Assembly (NCBI GenBank): GCA_034439715.1
Contig: JAWXAY010000093.1
Location: 1 to 55,699, forward strand
Reading direction: 5' to 3'
Source of the DNA: Pseudomonadota bacterium
GTDB lineage: Bacteria > Bdellovibrionota > Bdellovibrionia > Bdellovibrionales > SG-bin7
Length of the DNA: 55,699 nt
Shown: one piece after another, positions 48,723 to 55,699 of the stretch
Position numbering within the stretch: position 1 is the stretch's first letter
How the letters are laid out: each line of letters begins with the position of its first letter
Position numbers and translations under genes: made by a program
Notes under the pieces: generated by a model
Database searches by the model: none
Seen by the model: only the letters and a program-made list of their open reading frames with translations
What the model was told of the DNA's origin: nothing

Positions 48723-50222
48723 ATGAAAAAACAGCTGGAAATTATGGAGAATAGTGTTTTACAAAGCGAAAAAGATAAAAAGGACCTCATTAAACTTAGA
48801 GAACACGATCAAAACCAAATCGCCGTCGAATATATGCAGCGAACTGGTCACGCCAAACCTTCAACTCGAAGGGAGTTTTTGGCCTCTGGATTACTCAGCG
48901 CCTCGGGCGCGATGCTGTTGCCTAGTGCTTTAACTATGTTGGCAAACTCTGGAATAGCAAACGCGGCGGAGAGTTACACTTGCCCTACAGGAGAAGCCGC
49001 TGCAGCAGCCACACGAAAGCCAGGCCTGATGAGTATGCATTTATCCGGCGGAGCGGGAAATAAAGGCATGTTCGTAGGTACAGATAAAGGTGGCGGTCTT
49101 GTTAACGGTAATACTATGAACTTGGGAAATGTTCCCAATGTAACTCGACAATTTGGGGCCAACTTTGCGTCTGACCATCCATTTACAAACCCATTCCGCA
49201 CCGAGCTTGCGCTTTCGGGAATAACCGATGCCCAAGTTAGAATTGCCCCTGTAATTGCACTAAGCAATAACGATAACTCCAATGATAGACTTGGCGTGCA
49301 GTTTATGGCAAGTCTCGCTGGCATCCAGGGACAAATTTTACCGGCACTTGGTTTTAATAGTGCTCCCTATTTAACACCTGTTGGGCAAGTGCCTCCTAGA
49401 GAATTATTTGTAACTACATTAACCCAAGTGCAAAATGCGGCCGTGATTACTGGAGCGCTTTCGCAACTTTCTCAGGCCAGTCAGGCCAGTGTGATTAGAA
49501 CAGTCAGTAGTTTAAGTATGGATCAGATTTCTAGCCTGCAGTCGGGTGGCGTCAGTCAATTAAGACAATTACTCTATTGTTCTGGTGTTAGAAATCTAGA
49601 AGTCAATGCCTCTGCGGGCAGTTCAACAATTGATCCTCGCTTAGATGCGACATTTGGCGCGCAGATTTCTGCGGTTTGGGGTTTTAATGCAGCGACTCCA
49701 GCCAACAACAGAGATTTAGTGGCAGCAACCCTTTTGTATAATACGTTGCAAGGAAATGCAGGAATGTCGATATATTCAACCGGTGGAAACGATTATCACC
49801 AAAACGCGCTTGCAACTACTGACGCTAAAGATCTCGACAACTGGAGAGTTATTGCGAAACTAATTCGCACTTGCGCTGTCATGAATAGAAAATGTTTTTT
49901 CGCTATTACGTCTGACGGAAGTGTAAGAGGTAACGGCAGTGCTACCCGAGCAGGTTCAATGTGGCAGAATGATGATTCGAACTCAATGCAACTGATGGTC
50001 TTTTTTGATCCCACAGCCACTGCTGCGAATCCACTCAGACTGCTAAAGGGCCAGCTAGGTGCTTGGACAACTAACCAAACTGTGGATGCTACGGCCGGTG
50101 GTCCACCTAGTGAATCCGCAACGGCAGTAGCCTTAATGCGAGGTTATCTGGACTTTGCAAAGGCTTCGGAGAGTGAGATACAAAGAATCTCAAGTGCACC
50201 GATTGGATTTAAGGTAATATAA
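48723..50222 (+). CDS. Tat-exported DUF1501/DUF1552-like protein
   Basis: STRREFL twin-arginine signal with ANA cleavage site; HLSGGA, GGNDYH, TSDG motifs. Confidence 0.65.
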   Translation: MKKQLEIMENSVLQSEKDKKDLIKLREHDQNQIAVEYMQRTGHAKPSTRREFLASGLLSASGAMLLPSALTMLANSGIANAAESYTCPTGEAAAAATRKPGLMSMHLSGGAGNKGMFVGTDKGGGLVNGNTMNLGNVPNVTRQFGANFASDHPFTNPFRTELALSGITDAQVRIAPVIALSNNDNSNDRLGVQFMASLAGIQGQILPALGFNSAPYLTPVGQVPPRELFVTTLTQVQNAAVITGALSQLSQASQASVIRTVSSLSMDQISSLQSGGVSQLRQLLYCSGVRNLEVNASAGSSTIDPRLDATFGAQISAVWGFNAATPANNRDLVAATLLYNTLQGNAGMSIYSTGGNDYHQNALATTDAKDLDNWRVIAKLIRTCAVMNRKCFFAITSDGSVRGNGSATRAGSMWQNDDSNSMQLMVFFDPTATAANPLRLLKGQLGAWTTNQTVDATAGGPPSESATAVALMRGYLDFAKASESEIQRISSAPIGFKVI

Positions 50223-50234
50223 AGTAAAGTCATG

Positions 50235-50256
50235 GGACTACTCTTTGGAGTAGTCC
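50235..50256 (+). terminator. Intra-operon stem-loop (terminator or mRNA stabiliser)
   Basis: ggactactc-tttg-gagtagtcc perfect 9-bp stem followed by taaaatttttg. Confidence 0.55.
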
Positions 50257-50290
50257 TAAAATTTTTGTGCGTGGTTAACAGGGGGAGATT

Positions 50291-51610
50291 ATGAGGTGGG
50301 GATCAGTTGCGTCTATGGTGAGCCTATTGGTTTTGGGCTTTACTTACGGCAATTGCCAAAAGAAAACGGACGGCTCAAGCAGTCAGTCTTCTTTAAGTTG
50401 CGAAGGAAACCTCAAAGAGGCTTTTAAAACCTCATATTATCCTTGGGCCCGTAGCAAGTGTGCCATGTGTCACGTCGCAAATGCTCCTGCTCCTGTTGGA
50501 TCTGGTAGAGGATTCGGAGATCAAAACCTTAGTTTAGCTTTCAAAGATTTTTATAATTTTAAAGAACCTAATTTTCGCGCTAAAGCATTGGACCCAGGAC
50601 ATCAATCGGGTTTGACCGGACCGCAAAATGAAGGCGTGCTTGCCGGTTTTCGTACAAAATGGGAAAAAGCCGAGACTATTTTTAAAAATTGTGTGTTAGC
50701 CAGGAATGGTGGCCAGCCTGAACCCGCCCCAATTAATACTACGAGCAAACCGATTGCACGTCCTGCTACCATTAAATTTAATAATCCCGCGAGATCGGGT
50801 TGTAAAAACGCACAAGGCGTTGTGGTCGCGGCCTGCATTCTTGCAGATGCAGACTACGCCAGAATTACTTGGAATTTGGGCACAGATCTAATGCCAAACG
50901 CAAATAATCCGAATCTGGCTGGGATAACTTTTGATATCGAAGTTGCCATAGCCGACTATTCTCCGGATGCGCCCACGGCTGGCAGAAACTATTTCTATTA
51001 TCATTTTAGAAGACCTAGAATAACTAATGCTGGCAGTTCGAATCTTCTCGTTGGTGGCTTGACGCTGAAATTAAACGGAGAAGCCTACACTGACGGAACT
51101 ACATTTACGATGTTGAACCAGATCGTAAATGCCGGCAGTCCCATATTTACCCTCAATAATGAAACATTAGCGATGGGCGGCAGCTTTCTCATTGTCCCAG
51201 GCTCTGATTCCGTTTCAATTTCGTTTACTGGTACAGGTCCTACTACTTTGGTTGGCGGCATAACAACTCCCCCTCCCCCTCCCCCTCTAACTCCGACATT
51301 TACGCAGTTGTTTGGTGTGGGTGGATCGGTTAGAGGCTCGTGCATTAATTGCCATGGAGCAGCCGTGGGTCAGTCAGGAAACTTCAGGATTGATACTTAT
51401 TTGAATGTTTTGACGGGCTTAAATGGTACAGGAGCAAAAGTTATTCCTGGAAATGCAGCTGCCAGCCGAATAATAATTCGCATGGAGTCACTGTTGTTAG
51501 TGGCGACACCGGGCCAATCGGTAATGCCACCTAATCCTAATCCGCGGGTCCTACAGACTGAAATAAACAGAGTAAGGGCCTGGATTAATGCCGGCGCCCC
51601 AAATGACTAA
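50291..51610 (+). CDS. Dihaem c-type cytochrome lipoprotein-like protein; C-terminal Planctomycete-cytochrome-like domain
   Basis: TYGNC signal; CAMCH and CINCH; VIPG…MPP…VRAWINAGA; PPPPPP linker. Confidence 0.78.
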   Translation: MRWGSVASMVSLLVLGFTYGNCQKKTDGSSSQSSLSCEGNLKEAFKTSYYPWARSKCAMCHVANAPAPVGSGRGFGDQNLSLAFKDFYNFKEPNFRAKALDPGHQSGLTGPQNEGVLAGFRTKWEKAETIFKNCVLARNGGQPEPAPINTTSKPIARPATIKFNNPARSGCKNAQGVVVAACILADADYARITWNLGTDLMPNANNPNLAGITFDIEVAIADYSPDAPTAGRNYFYYHFRRPRITNAGSSNLLVGGLTLKLNGEAYTDGTTFTMLNQIVNAGSPIFTLNNETLAMGGSFLIVPGSDSVSISFTGTGPTTLVGGITTPPPPPPLTPTFTQLFGVGGSVRGSCINCHGAAVGQSGNFRIDTYLNVLTGLNGTGAKVIPGNAAASRIIIRMESLLLVATPGQSVMPPNPNPRVLQTEINRVRAWINAGAPND

Positions 51611-52694
51611 GAAAGGGCGACTGTTATTTTCGTTTTTTCTTGGTTTGGCTTTATTCTTGTCATTGACCTACAATAATTGTGCAAAAATGGATTCTAAAGG
51701 TGCCGACAATCCGTCGCTCGGCGGCGGTGGTGGTGGTGGTGGCGGTAGTATACCTGCCGGTCTGAACTGGTTTAATACAAAAGTGAAGCCGGTTTTTCAA
51801 AGTAATTGTGTGGGCTGCCACACCAATACTGTAAATGGCGGTACTAGGATTTTTGACTACGTAACTATGAAGGCAATGTTGAACGGGGCCAGTAGTATTA
51901 GTAACAACCTTATATTAAAAACTTCAGGTCAAATAAATCACGGAGTTGGTGGCAACAGATGTTCCCTTGGACTCGCATTCACGCCTTGTAAAGAAATTGC
52001 CGAATGGTGGACAGCTGAATATGGTGCCGGAGGCGGTGGCGGTGGCGGTCCGCCCATTGTTGCTTCACCTATAGCCAATGGTGAGATAAAACAGGTTCTT
52101 TCTTACGGGAAAATAACCGGTGTTGCTGCTAGACTAGGTAATCTGAATGAAACCGTTACTGTGTCAATTTATTTAGATGGGGCTATGGGAACGGGTATTG
52201 CAGTTGCCGTCGGTGTTCCTGCAAATCTTTTATTTTTGGATTCTTCCTCTCCTTATGATGGCTTCCATAAATTTGAAATTCAACTTCCCGATTCTGCTCT
52301 TAATGGCAGACTACATGACTTATATGCTTACGCCACAAGCTCAACTGGTACGATAGCTATTGGTACACCCTTTACGTTCCTGGCATACAGAAGGGTTGCG
52401 CAAGCATCATTCAACAGTTTTACATTGAATTGCGGCGCCTGCCACATCTGGAAAGCCAATCAAGGAAATTCCACAATTGCTGAATACTCGGCGGCCTTTG
52501 ATACTTTAGGTCGACCCGCTAAAGCCGATGGCGCTACGGCCACTAACAATGTATTCTTTATTAAGGCAAGTGGTGGCATGAGTCACGCGGGCGGCAACCA
52601 ATGCGGCAATATATCGGGCGGATGTGGCTCTATTTCTAATTGGTGGACAGCTGAATTTGGAAATGCCTTATACCCATCAAGTCGCATTAGGTAG
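51603..52694 (+). CDS. Dihaem c-type cytochrome with duplicated haem domain flanking an Ig-like domain
   Basis: TYNNC signal; CVGCH and CGACH; repeated SG..H..GGNxC…WWTAExG; poly-Gly linkers; ATG 51603 overlaps the upstream stop. Confidence 0.78.
   Translation: MTKKGRLLFSFFLGLALFLSLTYNNCAKMDSKGADNPSLGGGGGGGGGSIPAGLNWFNTKVKPVFQSNCVGCHTNTVNGGTRIFDYVTMKAMLNGASSISNNLILKTSGQINHGVGGNRCSLGLAFTPCKEIAEWWTAEYGAGGGGGGGPPIVASPIANGEIKQVLSYGKITGVAARLGNLNETVTVSIYLDGAMGTGIAVAVGVPANLLFLDSSSPYDGFHKFEIQLPDSALNGRLHDLYAYATSSTGTIAIGTPFTFLAYRRVAQASFNSFTLNCGACHIWKANQGNSTIAEYSAAFDTLGRPAKADGATATNNVFFIKASGGMSHAGGNQCGNISGGCGSISNWWTAEFGNALYPSSRIR
51720..51746 (+). repeat. GGY trinucleotide run encoding a Gly9 linker
   Basis: ggc ggc ggt ggt ggt ggt ggt ggc ggt. 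Confidence 0.7.
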
Positions 52695-52703
52695 GAAATC
52701 CCA

Positions 52704-53285
52704 ATGAAAATATTAGGAATTCAAGATCACATTATGATCGTTCAAAATGTTTTGCAGCCAGAGAGTTGTGATCAAATAATTTCTCTCTTCGAACGCGATA
52801 CCAATAAAAAAAAAGGACTTGGTATGAGTGCCTCTGGCGAGGTAATGGTCAATACAGATAAAATTAGTGTTGATCTTTCTATTCAACCTAGCGGCGAGTG
52901 GCAAGGTCTCCACGCAAAACTTCATTTAGGGATTACCGAATGTCTTAAAAACTATGTGCAAGCCTATCCCGGTTTGCAAGTTAAGCCACTAGAAGTTACC
53001 GGCTATAAAATTCAAATGTATGAGCCCAATGTGGGAGAGTTTAAATGGCATTTTGATGCTTTAGGACCGGGTGCGTGGAGTCGGCAGCTTGCACTTATAT
53101 TTTATCTTAATAATGTGATTGACGGCGGAGAGACAGAATTTTTTCACCAAAATTTAAAAATTAAACCGGCCGCGGGCACACTTTTGCTGTTTCCCCCTCA
53201 TTGGACTCACGTTCATTGCGGCAAGACTCCAACTTCCAGCAAAAAATATATCATTACTTCATTTGTTGAGTTTAATTTTACCTAA
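52704..53285 (+). CDS. 2-oxoglutarate/Fe(II) oxygenase (prolyl-hydroxylase-like)
   Basis: WHFD (HxD), FYLN…GGETEF, THVH, KYIIT. Confidence 0.85.
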   Translation: MKILGIQDHIMIVQNVLQPESCDQIISLFERDTNKKKGLGMSASGEVMVNTDKISVDLSIQPSGEWQGLHAKLHLGITECLKNYVQAYPGLQVKPLEVTGYKIQMYEPNVGEFKWHFDALGPGAWSRQLALIFYLNNVIDGGETEFFHQNLKIKPAAGTLLLFPPHWTHVHCGKTPTSSKKYIITSFVEFNFT

Positions 53286-54857
53286 AACTTTCATAACAAT
53301 TGATTCTGTGGGGCCGAGTCCATCCATCGCTTCAAAAACCAAATGCGCTAATTTATCATAATCGACATGCTTGAGATTTTCTTGAAATAAAATATATTGG
53401 ACGCATCTGATGGCGCGATCTATGAGTTTTCCGCAGCTAGGTTTTACGTAAGTCATAATATTATTTTGATAGCGCTTCAAACGACCCATGAGTAAAGTTG
53501 AATGTGTATTCAAAAGAATTTTTAATACTAAATGTTGAATAAATAAATTTTGAGTGTTTACCAAAAAGGTTTTTTTTTGTCCATCAAGATCAAAACAAAA
53601 GCCACCGTCCTTAAATTCAATATTGAAAGTTTTGTTTCTGTAGTTTTTTCGGTGGTTATCAATAAGATCACTTTGGGCGCTACTCAAGTCGTAGCCGAAT
53701 ATCCAATCAACCCCCTTTTCAACAATCCAGTCGGGGCGGCCGTTAAGTTTCGGCGACCTCAATAAAAGTTTTTCCCAGGCTTCCTTTGCACTACTCGTAT
53801 GGAGGATTTTTAGATAGCACAAGCTCATCTCGGCCAGGGGCTCTTGCCTATTTTCAAATGGCGCGAGTGAAAAAGTGGGTGAGCGCTCAGTTGTGTCGGT
53901 TAAGATAGTGATCCCGAACTCAGTGGTGGTGTATTGCAGTTTATCGCCAGCCATATAGATTTTTGACTCTGTTTCGATAAAGTTTATGAGATCCAATAGT
54001 TCCAAGTTCTTGATGGCCTCCCCATATTCATGAAAAATAGACTGAGGCGAGCCTGTGGTAACCATGGGAAACAATGCCGAACCCACTGCGAGTAGTAGCG
54101 CGGTCGTCGCTTGCAGTCGGGTGCTACCAGCCAAAACCATAGGGTCAATTGGCAGCGAGATCGAGCGAATTTGTTTATTAGTTATAACGCCTTTAGACCG
54201 CTCCACTTTTTTTATAAGAAGTTCTTTAGGATTGCAGAATAAAAAATAAGGCAAGCGTTCGCTATACTGCGCAGCCTTTTCGGTCGCCCCAATTACATAG
54301 GGGGTTTCTCCGCCTTCAGTGACTGAAATTAATAAGTCTTTTTTCTGAAAACCAAGACTCATAAGATGTTGAGCACCCATTTCTGGCAAGTCTTCGATGC
54401 GTTCAAGGGATCTGACGAGGGCCACATCGCCGCCCGCCATAAAGCCAATAACGCGGTCTTTTTGGTCTTTGGTTGCCAACTTTCTCCAAAGAAATTCAAG
54501 AGTGAGCGCTAAGCGGCCCGTCGCGCCACAGCCGCAAATAAAAATTCGGTGGCCTTCGTTTAGTGTCCTCTCAATGTCAGATTGAAGCTTCAAAATATCG
54601 GGGAGCATTGTGAAGACGTTATCCACAAGCTTTAATTCAATTTTCCGAATGATGGGTAGAATGCCGGCAAGATTATCATTAGCCATCTGTGAAAGGTTGG
54701 TGGTTAACGGATGCGGTTGCTCAGTGACCAAGTCACCCAAAAGATAGAGGTGTTTGGTTTTTAAAAATTCCTTTGCTTTTTCTTCGGCGCTTTCATTGGC
54801 GGTTTCATTGGCATTTTTTAGGGTGTTTTCTATAGCGTTTTTACGATGGTTGGGCAT
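53259..54857 (-). CDS. SIS-domain sugar-phosphate protein (MurQ/glucokinase-regulator-like, long form)
   Basis: TEQPHP, GCGATGRL, MAGGD, TEGGETP, GSTRLQA, KLIDRA. Confidence 0.72.
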   Translation of the reverse strand: MPNHRKNAIENTLKNANETANESAEEKAKEFLKTKHLYLLGDLVTEQPHPLTTNLSQMANDNLAGILPIIRKIELKLVDNVFTMLPDILKLQSDIERTLNEGHRIFICGCGATGRLALTLEFLWRKLATKDQKDRVIGFMAGGDVALVRSLERIEDLPEMGAQHLMSLGFQKKDLLISVTEGGETPYVIGATEKAAQYSERLPYFLFCNPKELLIKKVERSKGVITNKQIRSISLPIDPMVLAGSTRLQATTALLLAVGSALFPMVTTGSPQSIFHEYGEAIKNLELLDLINFIETESKIYMAGDKLQYTTTEFGITILTDTTERSPTFSLAPFENRQEPLAEMSLCYLKILHTSSAKEAWEKLLLRSPKLNGRPDWIVEKGVDWIFGYDLSSAQSDLIDNHRKNYRNKTFNIEFKDGGFCFDLDGQKKTFLVNTQNLFIQHLVLKILLNTHSTLLMGRLKRYQNNIMTYVKPSCGKLIDRAIRCVQYILFQENLKHVDYDKLAHLVFEAMDGLGPTESIVMKVLGKIKLNK

Positions 54858-55031
54858 ATTTCAGATTATAGTGTGGTAAGCCTCTCAACCGGCACAAAAT
54901 TTTGCGGACTAGACGTTCGTCGGTTCCAACTAAAAGTTCTAGGGGATCTTGGGTGCTGATAACTTAAATGCCGCCGCGATCGTCAAAGTCGCCGCTGCTA
55001 TGACATTATAATCTAAGTCGTAGCTTGAGTC

Positions 55032-55562
55032 TCAGCTTGAGTTTGAACGCAGCGGTTTTCCATACTGATTCCTGGCGCGATAAGGTACAAGGCCCAAAGT
55101 CTCTAGTGTATTTTGCAATAGATAGTCTTTCACACCAAGGAACTCGCGCTTCCAAGATGTAAGCACACGCGAATACATTATATGATCCCAAAACTTTCCA
55201 AATTTTTTACCTTTTTTTGCACCAGTCACGAGGCGTGCTATTAGCGCCGTCGTAGAAATATAAAACTTTTGAATTCCCACGCGAGTTTTGCCTCTAATTA
55301 AGAGGTGAAGGTGGTTACCAGAGTTGGCCTTTTCGTAAATCGTAACGCCAAACTTTTTAGCTTGTTGCGAAAGTATTTTTTCTATTCGTCGAGAGAAGTT
55401 TAAAAGAGAGAGCCTCGCTCTGGCTTTAGAAGACCGATAAACAAGATGAATGGGATGTTTCGTCGAAATCGGCCTTGCTATTTTGCGCTTACCCTTTCCT
55501 AAAGTCCCACCATGCTCAAGGGTTTGTTTTTTGAAAAACGACAATTGTTTTGTTTTTATCAT
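55032..55562 (-). mobile_element. Stand-alone HUH Y1 (IS200/RAYT-like) transposase
   Basis: HLVYR, GNHLHLL (HUH), KFW, DYLLQN (catalytic Tyr candidate); no TnpB or clear ends seen. Confidence 0.7.
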
Positions 55563-55699
55563 TGGGGCAATATTATATATCTAGTTTTAATAGTCACGCA
55601 TTCCCGAATTCAAGATATTACTGCAATAGGTTAAAGGAATTAGATAAAGGCCAGGCAACAAAGTCATGTCACACTTTTAGTTACCACACTGAAAGGAAC

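Noticed and set aside
48723..50222. Calling the Tat protein a secretion-system component or a defined sulfatase
   Set aside because: No multi-TM GspF topology and no CxPxR sulfatase motif; only DUF1501-like motifs are supportable
54890..54906. CGGCACAAAATTTTGCG as a sigma54 promoter
   Set aside because: GG-to-GC spacing is 11 rather than 10, and no plus-strand gene follows
1..55699. CRISPR array, tRNA, rRNA, prophage
   Set aside because: No regularly spaced direct repeats, cloverleaf-like or rRNA-like segments, or phage genes seen; intergenic gaps are short. Judged by eye only.

Overview
Bacterial chromosomal segment, moderately AT-rich and densely coding. Protein style suggests Bdellovibrionota/Oligoflexia (inference from [FY]xNC lipoprotein-like signals, many secreted zincins, a stand-alone HUH transposase-like gene and a receiver-PilZ protein). 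No rRNA, tRNA, CRISPR array or prophage was seen. From left to right the window holds: secreted peptidases and small exported proteins, a PLP fold-II enzyme, an MFS transporter and a DsbA/DsbB pair; a phosphorelay cluster (receiver, HPF-like protein, Hpt, sigma54 activator, FixL-like PAS kinase, receiver); a 2833-aa cyclic beta-1,2-glucan synthase; a transglutaminase-elicitor-like lipoprotein; Hsp20-like/cardiolipin synthase/EEP; a two-component pair, rimK, MlaA plus hydrolase and a subtilase. The most interesting block is about 41.7-53.3 kb. It contains an outer-membrane barrel and LolA-like carrier, a eukaryote-type squalene synthase, and a carnosine-N-methyltransferase-like enzyme fused to a PqqD/RRE-like domain. 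Divergent from the latter is a probably sigma54-driven exported operon carrying five CxxCH haem motifs, a Tat-exported DUF1501-like protein and a 2OG-Fe(II) oxygenase. Seven exactly spaced -24/-12 sigma54 promoter motifs and a recurring candidate enhancer motif are visible in intergenic DNA. All family calls come from motif recognition by eye, not from database searches.
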